From Candidatus Binatia bacterium (lineage in GTDB: Bacteria > Desulfobacterota > Binatia > UBA9968 > CAXXLF01): DNA of 64,000 bases. Made by a program: the position numbers and the translations under genes. The stretch is from assembly GCA_963664015.2 (NCBI GenBank), contig CAXXLF010000002.1:1952001-2016000 (forward strand), in the 5' to 3' direction. The notes beneath the pieces are model-generated. The model saw only the letters and a list, made by a program, of their open reading frames with translations. It had not been told where the DNA came from and did not search any database. Shown piece by piece: positions 30,719-40,284 of this stretch. Each line of letters opens with the position of its first letter. Positions within the stretch are counted from its first letter, which is position 1.

Positions 30719-31780
30719 ATGCCACCGCTGCTAATCAGTGAAAATGATGTTCGCTCGGTATTGACCATGGAGGAGAACCTGGAGGCGTTGGAGAGTGCCT
30801 ATAAACAGGAGGCTATGGGTGCTGCCTCCTATCGGCCCAAGGCAACGGTTTATGTGGGGGGGAATCACGGTTATGCCATGACGCACGTTACCAGTTTGGG
30901 CGGGCTTCGCAATCCCCCGGTGGTGGTTCTCAATATCCGTTCCATGCTACAGGCCACGAGCGAAAATCGGGATATCCATAAACTACGCGGCCCCCAAGGG
31001 ACCTTTATGTCTATGCTGTTTAGCGGCGAGACCGGCGAGTTGCTCGCCATGATGAGCAATGGCGATATATCGTGGTACCGCCATGCGGGTAGCGCGGGGC
31101 TGGCCGCCCGGGAGATGTCCCAGCCCGATGCCGAGGTGGTAGGGATTCTTGGTTCCGGCAGTACGGCCCGCGCCCATGCGCTGGCCTATGCCTGTGTGCG
31201 CCCACTGAAGTTGTTTAAGGTCTACAGCCCAAGCCTCGAGCATCGCAATACCTTCTCCGAATGGCTCAATTTGAAAACCGGTGTCGAGGTCAAGACCATG
31301 GACAACGCCGAGGAGGTTGTCCGGGGTTCCGCTATTGTCGCCGCGTGCACTGCAAGCCGATTCGAGCCCCTCGTGAAAAAGGAATGGCTGGAACCGGGAG
31401 TGCATTTTACCGGGGTTCAGACGGGCGAAGGTTCCATGGAGCTGGAGCTGGATGGAATTAAGCTATTCCATCGATTGGTTACCAGCTTCGACAGTGCCTC
31501 GAGCCATCACTTTACCGAGCCCGAACATAGCCCGCTGAGAACAGCGACGACACCAGAGATGCTGGATGTATTCAGTGTGATCCCCAACCACCATACTCTA
31601 GCCGACGTACTGTCGGGCAAGGCCCCAGGCCGGGAGAGTCGGGACGAGAAAAACTATTATATTAACAATGGTACCGGGGTACAGTATGCGGCGACGGTGG
31701 CATTGATCTACGACCGCGCGAAGAAGCGTGGCATCGGACAAGAGATGCCTGCCGAGTGGTTCAAGTGGTTCCAGCGCTGA
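30719..31780 (+). CDS. Ornithine cyclodeaminase/mu-crystallin family protein
   Basis: 'LFSGETGELLA', 'GILGSGSTAR', 'WLEPGVHF', 'PGRESRDE', 'GTGVQY'. Confidence 0.88.
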   Translation: MPPLLISENDVRSVLTMEENLEALESAYKQEAMGAASYRPKATVYVGGNHGYAMTHVTSLGGLRNPPVVVLNIRSMLQATSENRDIHKLRGPQGTFMSMLFSGETGELLAMMSNGDISWYRHAGSAGLAAREMSQPDAEVVGILGSGSTARAHALAYACVRPLKLFKVYSPSLEHRNTFSEWLNLKTGVEVKTMDNAEEVVRGSAIVAACTASRFEPLVKKEWLEPGVHFTGVQTGEGSMELELDGIKLFHRLVTSFDSASSHHFTEPEHSPLRTATTPEMLDVFSVIPNHHTLADVLSGKAPGRESRDEKNYYINNGTGVQYAATVALIYDRAKKRGIGQEMPAEWFKWFQR

Positions 31781-31796
31781 GAGACATTCACAGGCA

Positions 31797-32339
31797 TTAG
31801 CTCTTCAAATATCCCAGGCCCAGGAGTCGATCCATGACGAGTGAGACCTCCTGGTCGGGACTCTGCTTGGTAGAGTCGACTGTTACGTCGGCGTTCGTGG
31901 GCGGTTCCCACGGTTCTGTGACCCCTGGGACAGGGTGGCCTTCTGTAATAGCCTTTACGTAGATCCCCCTGTCGTCCCTTCCTTTACAGACCTCGATAGG
32001 ACAGTCGACAAAGATCTCAACAAATCGACCAATCTCTTTGCGTATTTCTTCGAGAGGAAGTCGCTCTGGTGTGATCCAAGGCACGACGGCAACACCGCCG
32101 CACTGGGTGATCAATCGGGCAATATAACCGAGCCGGCGCGTAATTTGATTCTTACCCTCTCGGTTAAAGCCTAGATCCGGCATCAGCCTCGACTTCAATT
32201 CTTTTCCGCTGCTCGGCTCCAGGAGAACGGCTGGGTAGCCTAGTTCAAGCAGCCGTTTTTTGACCAACTCAGCCAGCGTGCTCTTACCCGAGCTTGCCAA
32301 CCCTATGATCCAAACAGTAAATCCTTTTTCAGGCTCCAT
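31797..32339 (-). CDS. cysC: Adenylyl-sulfate kinase-like protein (divergent)
   Basis: 'FTVWIIGLASSGKST', 'DLGF', 'FVEIFVDCPIEVC..RD..GIY', 'PWEPP'; start uncertain. Confidence 0.7.
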   Translation of the reverse strand: MEPEKGFTVWIIGLASSGKSTLAELVKKRLLELGYPAVLLEPSSGKELKSRLMPDLGFNREGKNQITRRLGYIARLITQCGGVAVVPWITPERLPLEEIRKEIGRFVEIFVDCPIEVCKGRDDRGIYVKAITEGHPVPGVTEPWEPPTNADVTVDSTKQSPDQEVSLVMDRLLGLGYLKS

Positions 32340-32597
32340 GGTGGTCGTGTTTGCGACAGTCGAGAAGCATCTGGGATCCATCTCAATAGCTGGATCGTTG
32401 TCTATCCTAATCAACGCGTGAATATAAGGGAATTCGTTAGGCAGGACAACTCTAAATTCAAAACCTTTCGACTAGCGAAAGGTCCTAGAAAGCACAGTAA
32501 ATATCTGATTTTAAATAAAACCGGCCAAAGGCTTTGACTGTATGTGGCTAAATAGTTAATATGTTAACAATCATTTCTTGGGCCCCCTACCCCTGGG

Positions 32598-33596
32598 ATG
32601 GTAGATCCGAACTTTAGAAAGGCAATGAATAATAAACCCTTCAAAACGGCAAAGAAGTTTATCAAGAATGCCTCCCTTTGGTGCCTCTGTTGTTTTACCA
32701 AGAGTATGATGGCGCTTTTCAGGAAGACCTTCCAACGGATGCCGAGTCTATTTAAAATCCTGTCAGGTTCCGTGCTAGGCGGCCTTATGCGTTTTCTCCT
32801 GCCACGTAGGCGAGTCATCAGGAACCTCAATCGTGCCTTTGGGGAGGCCTATTCCCCAGCTACCAAAGCGGGAATTGCCAAAGGGGTTCAGTCCAATTTT
32901 TCAAGGAGTATTCAGGACTGCGTCCTCCAATGGTTGCAGCCTGAATTTGTTCACGATCGGGTCAGAATCTCGGGACTAGAGCATCTCGAAGCAGCTCATG
33001 CCAAGGGCAAAGGAGTCATTGCCCTCGGCGCTCATATTGGCAATTTTGCTCTTGTTGGCGCAAAGCTCGGCCGCCTGGGCTACCCATTTCATACCCTTTT
33101 CAAGCTTCCAAAGGATCCGGGCTTTAAGGCTCTCATTGAAACACTTCCTGTGCTTTTCCATCAACGGATCATTTCGGCACGCCCCAGGAGGGCTGCTGTA
33201 AAAAGGGTCCTCGCCGCACTGGAGCAAAACGAGATTGTTTTTATCCTTGCGGACAACCTTAAAAAAGGGAAAATTGAGACCTCTATTTTCGGACGACGGG
33301 TCCTCACACCCCGCGGTCCCGTAAGCCTGGCGCTTCGGTCCGAAGCAGCGGTTCTCCCCGTCCACCTCATTCGGAATTATGAGGGTAATCTGGAACTCGT
33401 GATCGAGGCTGAAATTCCCATGGAACGAGAAGGCAAATTATTAGAAGATATCGTCCGTAATACGGACAACACCATGGTACACCTGGAGCAGGTGATTCGT
33501 AGCTATCCGGACCAGTGGAACTGGTTGACCGTAAAGATGCGTGAGAAAAGGGAGCCGGTTGCCCTCTCGGCCGGCGTCGGGCTAACCGGTCGTTAA
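32598..33596 (+). CDS. Lipid A lauroyl-type (LpxL/HtrB family) acyltransferase
   Basis: 'NLNRAFG', 'GLEHLEAAHAKGKGVIALGAHIGNF', 'ILAD', 'IRSYPDQWNW'; true start may be 32707-32739. Confidence 0.85.
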   Translation: MVDPNFRKAMNNKPFKTAKKFIKNASLWCLCCFTKSMMALFRKTFQRMPSLFKILSGSVLGGLMRFLLPRRRVIRNLNRAFGEAYSPATKAGIAKGVQSNFSRSIQDCVLQWLQPEFVHDRVRISGLEHLEAAHAKGKGVIALGAHIGNFALVGAKLGRLGYPFHTLFKLPKDPGFKALIETLPVLFHQRIISARPRRAAVKRVLAALEQNEIVFILADNLKKGKIETSIFGRRVLTPRGPVSLALRSEAAVLPVHLIRNYEGNLELVIEAEIPMEREGKLLEDIVRNTDNTMVHLEQVIRSYPDQWNWLTVKMREKREPVALSAGVGLTGR

Positions 33597-33690
33597 GTGC
33601 CATCCATACCCTAACCCCGCCTTAGCTAAGTCCCAGTGTTCTACAACCTCCGAGGTTCCCTCGTATGGGTGGTCTAGATTAACAGAAAAA

Positions 33691-33990
33691 TTAAACGGTA
33701 GAGACCTTTATTCCAAAGTGCTTTACCCAGTAGTCGGCCGTATAGAGCTTTTCCGCCTCTTTCGCCCTATCTTTCTGCTCAGGGCTTTTGGCATAGTTCT
33801 CCATGTTCTCCTTGGTTTCCCAGAGGCTGATGGAGATACCTTCGTTGGGATCCTCAACCCCGCGTAGCAGCCGTTGCCCACGGGATCCTTTGATCTGCTG
33901 GCTTTTAGGCACAACGATCTTATCATAATCTCGCTCGTACTCTTCCCACATCCCTGGCTGGAGCTTGCCCCAAACGAATCTTGCGTACAT
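33691..33990 (-). CDS. Antibiotic biosynthesis monooxygenase (ABM)-like protein
   Basis: 'MYARFVWGKLQPG', 'GISISLWETKE'; GGAGG RBS. Confidence 0.75.
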   Translation of the reverse strand: MYARFVWGKLQPGMWEEYERDYDKIVVPKSQQIKGSRGQRLLRGVEDPNEGISISLWETKENMENYAKSPEQKDRAKEAEKLYTADYWVKHFGIKVSTV

Positions 33991-34176
33991 CAATAGCCTC
34001 CTTCCACAAGTACGATTTTAATTTTTCCGACGGTGTATGGGCTTCGTAATTTTCGATTTTATCCCTGAATCGCTACCTCTCTTGTCTCACTTGATGCTGG
34101 GAAATCAAGGGGATTTCTCCCATCCGTAGGACTTGCGAACGGTGCCATCCTGACTTATCCTGTACCAGGTTGAGCG

Positions 34177-34275
34177 ATGGAAAAGATTGTTCATTCCCCC
34201 TTACACGGTATCGATGAAAACACCGCACTGCGGACGATCCTAGAGGGGACGGCTACTAAAACCGGGAGCAAGTAG
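34177..34275 (+). pseudogene. N-terminal stub of a GAF/sigma54-dependent regulator
   Basis: MEKIVHSPLHGIDENTALRTILEGTATKTG(SK*) resembles the 'ALRxILEGTAxxTGExFF' start of FhlA-like GAF proteins, truncated after 32 aa. Confidence 0.55.
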
Positions 34276-34359
34276 AAGGGTTAATACGCAGCCGAAGTCG
34301 GACTAAGCTCGTTCCCGGATAATGTCTGCGGCACTCGATTTATCATCAAGGGGGAAGCA

Positions 34360-34884
34360 ATGGAAAGGGAAAAGCTAAAACAAGCCGAGGCAACCCAGCG
34401 GGACAAAGACCCTCAATACGAATTGGTTTTGCAGCGCAACGCCGCTATTAGGGATCGAGCCAAGGCAGGCAAGATTGTCATCAAGGGGAAGGAGAGACCG
34501 TGGCAGCAGAACAGGCAGTCACTAGTCAAGATGTTTCTCTCCGCCCACGGTATCGATGACACGGCCGCACGGAACTGGACCTGCTTCATTCACGACGTGA
34601 AGGTTCACTCGGGAAAACACCGCCACCAGGGTGGAATTCAGTTATTCGTGCTGGAAGGCGAGGGATCTACTTTGGTGGATGGAGAAACGGTGGAATGGGA
34701 GAAGTGGGACCTTATTATCCTTCCAGTAAAGCCCAACGGTTGTGAACACGAACACTTCAACAGATATCCAGGGCAAGCTGCCAAATGGATGGCCTTTCAG
34801 TATTATCCCTTCACCGAGGTGTTGGGGAACATGTTCGAGCAAGTCGAAAACTCTCCCGACTGGAAAACAGACAAAGACAAGTAG
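34360..34884 (+). CDS. Cupin-domain protein
   Basis: 'SGKHRHQGG..FVLEGEG..EWEKWDLI..EHEHFN'. Confidence 0.85.
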   Translation: MEREKLKQAEATQRDKDPQYELVLQRNAAIRDRAKAGKIVIKGKERPWQQNRQSLVKMFLSAHGIDDTAARNWTCFIHDVKVHSGKHRHQGGIQLFVLEGEGSTLVDGETVEWEKWDLIILPVKPNGCEHEHFNRYPGQAAKWMAFQYYPFTEVLGNMFEQVENSPDWKTDKDK

Positions 34885-34999
34885 CGGCGGATGGCCCATT
34901 CTAATTTCATTGGCAACCTTACCGAAAAACCCTTCCTTCGGCTAACTCCTATCCTTTTTAGCTCCATCGAAGCCGGGTCCGTAGGGAACGTTCTTGGCT

Positions 35000-35542
<543 letters not shown>

Positions 35543-35672
35543 TTAGATTTGTTTAAGGTGATTCCCTATTATAAATACGTACGTATAGTCAGGGTGCGAT
35601 TGTGAGAGGGCGGCAATCGAAACCTGGGCGATTGGATCGTCGAATTGAAATACCCGCGAAACTTGCACGCAC

Positions 35673-35689
35673 TGCTCAGGGTTTAGGCA
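35673..35689. promoter_or_regulatory. Possible NtrC-type site upstream of glnB
   Basis: TGCTCAGGGTTTAGGCA fits TGC-N11-GCA; no sigma54 -24/-12 box seen. Confidence 0.25.
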
Positions 35690-35758
35690 AAGAATCAAAA
35701 TAAGCTTGGTAGGAGAAAGGGGGAAACCGCACCCAGGGTAATAGGCCTACGAAGAAGG

Positions 35759-35776
35759 CCATGGGCGTAAGTCCAT
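35759..35776. repeat. Degenerate third copy of the CCATGGGCGTAAGCCCATGG hairpin
   Basis: CCATGGGCGTAAGTCCAT, matching 18168-18187. Confidence 0.6.
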
Positions 35777-35971
35777 CTGGGCCGCAAATCGCGGCCCATT
35801 GTTCTCATCGTTGTCGGGAAGGATGCCGTGACTTCCAACGGAAGGTGTTCTGGGGGGTGCCCCTCTGTCAGCCACGTAAGGGTTTCTCAGAGATCCATCG
35901 TGCTTTCAATCTGTTTTACGTGAGTCTTCAGCCACGCCGATCACGACCGGTGCATTTGTTTTCTGTACGAC

Positions 35972-36349
35972 TTATTCGAACGGGAGTCGCCGTTTCTCGA
36001 GCTCCTGGGCTAAGGCTTGACTCCCGCGCCATAACACGGGGATCCCGGCGTTGATGGCGGCAGCCTCAAAGAATTCGAGAATCTCCCGCGGCCTTGCGCC
36101 GTAATCCAGCGCCTTGCCCAGGTGTCGTACCATGCCGCCCCAGCTCCGTTGGGAAGCGGCGGAAACCATGATCACCATCTCTTTGGTTCCACGGGAGATC
36201 GCACCGTCGGATCGTGCCAGGACCGCGTCAGCATAGAACGCCTTGAGACCGGCGAGACATTGGGGGTCATAGCGCCGGATGAGGTCCACTCCCGAGTCGT
36301 CTCCCTCTCCACGGGTTTGAATCAGCTCCTGATAAGTTGAATCCTCCAT
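35972..36349 (-). CDS. Carboxymuconolactone decarboxylase (CMD/AhpD-like) family protein
   Basis: 'DGAISRGTKEMV..HLGKALDYGARPREILE..AGIP'; no CxxC. Confidence 0.8.
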   Translation of the reverse strand: MEDSTYQELIQTRGEGDDSGVDLIRRYDPQCLAGLKAFYADAVLARSDGAISRGTKEMVIMVSAASQRSWGGMVRHLGKALDYGARPREILEFFEAAAINAGIPVLWRGSQALAQELEKRRLPFE

Positions 36350-36511
36350 CGGTTTTTCTCCTTTGATTTTTCCTGACCTTGGGGCAGGGCCTTGGGTTTG
36401 TGGGTGCTACCGGTGATCGCTAAAATGGGCCGGGAGTCCATTGGTTAAAGTTTGGTTAAAGAAGCTGAGGGTGGAAATGATAGGTGCACTGTATAAGTTA
36501 TTGAAATTAGG

Positions 36512-36598
36512 TGGTGCCGGAGGGGGGAGTCGAACCCCCACAGGGTTGCCCCTACTGGATTTTGAGTCCAGCGCGTCTACCAGTTTCACCACTCCGGC
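36512..36598 (-). tRNA. tRNA-Leu(CAA)
   Basis: 87-nt cloverleaf GCCGGAG...CTCCGGC-A-CCA; anticodon loop CTCAAAA; long variable arm; TTCGACT T-loop. Confidence 0.97.
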
Positions 36599-36749
36599 AT
36601 AGCGTGCCAATTACCAAGATAATTATCTCCTTTTCCCGACCTTCGCAACCGGAGAGCCATCCTTCCACCAGTTGCGGATTCCCAGGAGGCTGTGGTATCG
36701 TCCGGGCCATTAGAGGTAGGGAGACATAACTGCGAACAAGGAGGTTCCC

Positions 36750-37166
36750 ATGGCTATCCGAGTTCTACATGCCCTGAACAGGCTTCATGAGACAAAGAAG
36801 AGGGAGGTCATCCATAATACCCCGAGAATTCACACCTGGCTCCACACCTACCCCAAACCCGGCGATAAGGACGACATGCACTGTCACCCCGGCGATCAGA
36901 CCTTCTTTTGTTTAGAGGGGGAATGCACCATGCACTTGCCCGACGGTAGGGCGGAGGTGATGACGCCCGGAATGATCGCGCTCATCCACGGCGGGGACTT
37001 CTATCAGTTGGAAAATACGGGAGATGGCCCCATGTACCTGATCGGGCACCGCACCGGCAGGTCCGAGGATAACAAGCACATCAACTACGATACGCGCAAA
37101 GACCTCAACGAGCTTTCGGTCGAAGAAAGGGACAAAATCCGCGACAACGGGAGGACTGCCACCTAA
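36750..37166 (+). CDS. Cupin-domain protein
   Basis: 'MHCHPGDQTFFCLEG..YQLENTGDGP'; GGAGG RBS. Confidence 0.82.
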   Translation: MAIRVLHALNRLHETKKREVIHNTPRIHTWLHTYPKPGDKDDMHCHPGDQTFFCLEGECTMHLPDGRAEVMTPGMIALIHGGDFYQLENTGDGPMYLIGHRTGRSEDNKHINYDTRKDLNELSVEERDKIRDNGRTAT

Positions 37167-37192
37167 ACGTGCTGTTGGGGTATCATTTCTAT

Positions 37193-37727
37193 CTACTGAT
37201 GAGGCTTCGGTGAGTCTTTGACTCCGAGCTCGGCCCCACACTTCAGTAGTTTGTCCCAATCGGACCCGTCGATTCCTATCCCTTCCCTGAGGTGGAGTTC
37301 CGCTCTCCTTCTCGACATCTCGCCTGGATAGGAGAATTTCGTTAAAACCTGGGGCAGGCTTTTTCGATTTGGTGAAAGTCGCCAGCTCGTCCACTTTTTT
37401 GAAAAAATTGTCCAGGGGCAGAAATTCTTCCACATCGAAGGTCTGTAGAAACACCCCGTTGGTTGCTGCCCCTCCCTTGTCCCACCATCCCCTGCCCAGT
37501 CCGGTTCCCGAGAGAATTCCTCCAAGAATCTCGCTAACTAGATTCAACCCTGAACCTTTGTACCCGCCAAAGGGGAGGATCGAACCCCTGGGTGCGCCAA
37601 TGAATGAACTGTATTCTGTCGTGGGTTCGCCATAGCCGTCGAGCATAAACCCTTGCGGAATCGGTTCTCCTATTGAGAATTTGTTATGAAGTTCCCCCAT
37701 GCTGGTAACAGCTGTGGCAAAGTCGAA
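37193..37727 (-). pseudogene. C-terminal half of an Ldh_2/ComC-family oxidoreductase
   Basis: 'DFAT', 'G.PIP.G..LD..G.PTT', 'LPFGGYKGSGL', 'EIL/YPGE' with a frameshift near 37330; N-terminal half absent. Confidence 0.82.
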
Positions 37728-38357
37728 CATGCTTTGTGCCGTTTCCGCCGGGAACTACATAATCGATCTCTTGCTCATGCGGTTTCGGAGGTGTTCCGGA
37801 ATGGGAACGATGTCAAAGCGCGGGACCATTAGAGACTTGCCGGTCTGTTTCCGATGGCGTCGTCCTTCCTCTAGCATGTGGGTGCAACGAGACCAGGCCT
37901 CGGGAGTTGGATGCTGGCGTCGAAACTTGCGTTCACCGTCGCCCCACCCACCGCACGAGATCACTGCCGCTACACGTTCATCTGCACCGGCCGTATAAAT
38001 AGCTACCGCGGCACCAAAGCTGCTACCCACTAAGGCGATACGTGCAGCGTCCACGTCGGTTCGGCTGGCCAGGTAAGTCAGCGCACTGGAGGTGTCCGAC
38101 ACCTGATCGAGGCAAAGAATGCGACCGGATTCACCTCCGCTATCGCCACAGCCGCGGAAGTCGAATCGCATCGTTACATAGCCCCAGCGGATCAGTTGAT
38201 TGGCGATGGCGGTCTGCCCCGAGCCTTCTTTGTTCCCGCCGAAGCCATGGAGGACAAGGAACGCAGGGCGACGTTCGCCCAAGCCAAGGTGTTCGGGCTT
38301 GGCGACCACGCCGCTTAAATTTAGACTATCGGAGAGAAAGCTGACTTGCTCTTCCAC
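37728..38357 (-). pseudogene. Alpha/beta hydrolase, truncated
   Basis: 'VLHGFG', 'RFDFRGCGDSGG', nucleophile 'GSSFG'; TAG at 37755-37757; C-terminal Asp/His region replaced by the Ldh sequence. Confidence 0.82.
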
Positions 38358-38425
38358 GGGAAGGACTAACTATCCCCAAACGAAGTGAATGTCCATCCCC
38401 GTAGGGGTGGTGAGGCGCCTCTGAT

Positions 38426-38832
38426 CTACTGGACCATGGTAGGCTTGAGTATCACTACCTGGAGTGGAACAACGTGCAAGATCTGTTCGTTATGGGCCAA
38501 GACCAACTCATACATCCCTGGCCGAGGGAACTTTAGATCGTCAAAGGTAAGATTTAAGTTGGCCACAAACCAGCTGGTTACTTCGTCTTCTTGTCTACCA
38601 TTGGCCACCCCGCGGAATTCAAAAATATTCTGGCCTTGGCTGGTCCTGAGCCTCACTGTAAAGGGATGGCCCCCCTCATTCTCAAAACCTATTTTTGCAA
38701 AGAGTCTGAAACGTGGGAGGGGCTTCGAAAAATCGGACACCATAAATTGGCTGAAGATCCCCATCAGGCTGAACTTTCCTCTCATCTCATCCCTGACATC
38801 ATCGCATAGAATGGCTAAAAGAACGCTGGCAT
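38426..38832 (-). pseudogene. DUF6941-like small beta-sandwich protein, start frameshifted
   Basis: In-frame 'SVLLAILCDDVRDEMRGKFSLMGIF...FPRPGMY'; the upstream ATG (38832) is 1 nt out of frame. Confidence 0.55.
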
Positions 38833-39192
38833 GTTTGAAAAACGACTCCTTTCCGTGATGCAGTCATCTAGACCATCTTTTCTCCTGCGATCCGGGAATG
38901 CAAATTCAAGGGGGCAAGTCCATTCGGCCAGCCCGCGTCTTTTATTATCGAGGCTTTGGTTAGCTTATCCCCGACTTGGTAGCGAAAGAATTATTTAGGA
39001 TCGCGCCATTATGGGAAAACCTCGAGCCATGAGACCTCTTTCCCATGGCTATTAAATACTTGACCTGCTGTAACGGCCTGTGCTTAGATACTGAGGCTGC
39101 GGGAGGCATCCACTACCATTCTTTAATTGTGTTGGTGGAATCTTGCCAATGCCACTCGGGCTGATTTCAAACTGGATTGAGGAGGGCGACAG

Positions 39193-40245
39193 GTGGCTGG
39201 ATCGACTGATGACGAGTATCTGAAAATGTACATGGAGCAAGTGAGCTTCGCCAAGGAGGAGTTGGAGCGGAGAGCCAAGGCTCCGGTTCATATACCCCGG
39301 GAGAAGCTTGATCGGGAGTTCAACGGTCACAACTGGGTTCTCATTGTGGACCCGAGGATAGGTTTCAACTCCAAGATCATTCGATTTTGGATCAACGGCT
39401 TCCCTCCAGGGGCGGAAAATAATTATTGGAAAACCATGGGCCATCGCCACACGGTGGAGGCGGTCATCTACGTGGTCAAGGGCTTCGGCTACAGCATTAT
39501 CGATGGCGTGCGGTACGACTGGGAGGCCGGCGACATCATATGTGTCCCGGTCTTCGCGTGGCATCGCCATGTCAATCTTTCGGACGAGGACATGGTCTAC
39601 GTAGCCTCGACGACGGGCCCGCTCTCGATGGGTATTGGTGTCGCCGTTTATGAGGACGAGCGCTACCCCGAGTATTGGGTCTTTGCCCAGAAGGACGAAG
39701 AAGCACGACAGAGTCTGGTCCCCGGGGCCACCGAGATCCCCGATGCTCAAAGGGGCATACCGTCGGGGATGGATCTGGCCCAGTTCGACAATTCGACGGC
39801 GGCCAAAATCTACTTTGATCAGCTTCAGTTCGCCGAAGAGGAGGAGGAAAGAAGGAGAAAGGGCAAGGTTCTGGTGAAGGGCAAGGACCTCAAGTTTGAA
39901 AAGACCCCTATGGGTTGGGTTGCCCCGGTGGTGGACCCCAAGCTGGGCTTTCACGTCAAGGTAATGTCGACCCTCGTGGCCGAGATCGAGCCTGAAAAAA
40001 AATCTGGCGCCCATCGGCATTACTATGAAGAGGTCAATCATATCCTATCCGGCGAAGGCTACAGCATTATCGAAGACAAGCGCTATCAATGGAAAAAAGG
40101 GGATAGTTTGGCGATCCCCGTGTTCTCATGGCACCAGCACTTCAGCACGGGTAAGGAACCGGCCCGTTTCCTGGTTCATACGGGTCGTCCCGCCATGGAG
40201 AACATCGGACTCATGATTACGCAACAAGGTGAGCTTGCTGATTGA
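39193..40245 (+). CDS. Bicupin, gentisate-1,2-dioxygenase-like
   Basis: Two cupin repeats, 'GHRHTVE..GYSIIDG..W..GD..PVFAWHRH' and 'AHRHYYE..GYSIIED..W..GD..PVFSWHQH'; GTG start after GGAGG. Confidence 0.85.
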   Translation: MAGSTDDEYLKMYMEQVSFAKEELERRAKAPVHIPREKLDREFNGHNWVLIVDPRIGFNSKIIRFWINGFPPGAENNYWKTMGHRHTVEAVIYVVKGFGYSIIDGVRYDWEAGDIICVPVFAWHRHVNLSDEDMVYVASTTGPLSMGIGVAVYEDERYPEYWVFAQKDEEARQSLVPGATEIPDAQRGIPSGMDLAQFDNSTAAKIYFDQLQFAEEEEERRRKGKVLVKGKDLKFEKTPMGWVAPVVDPKLGFHVKVMSTLVAEIEPEKKSGAHRHYYEEVNHILSGEGYSIIEDKRYQWKKGDSLAIPVFSWHQHFSTGKEPARFLVHTGRPAMENIGLMITQQGELAD

Positions 40246-40284
40246 GCGTGTTGGCTTTTTAAGGGAGTAAAGGGAGGATTTACA

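Noticed and set aside
34204-34570. Direct repeat CACGGTATCGATGA-N5-CCGCAC at 34204 and 34546
   Set aside because: Only two copies, both inside coding-derived 'HGID' sequence of unrelated proteins; chance cannot be excluded.
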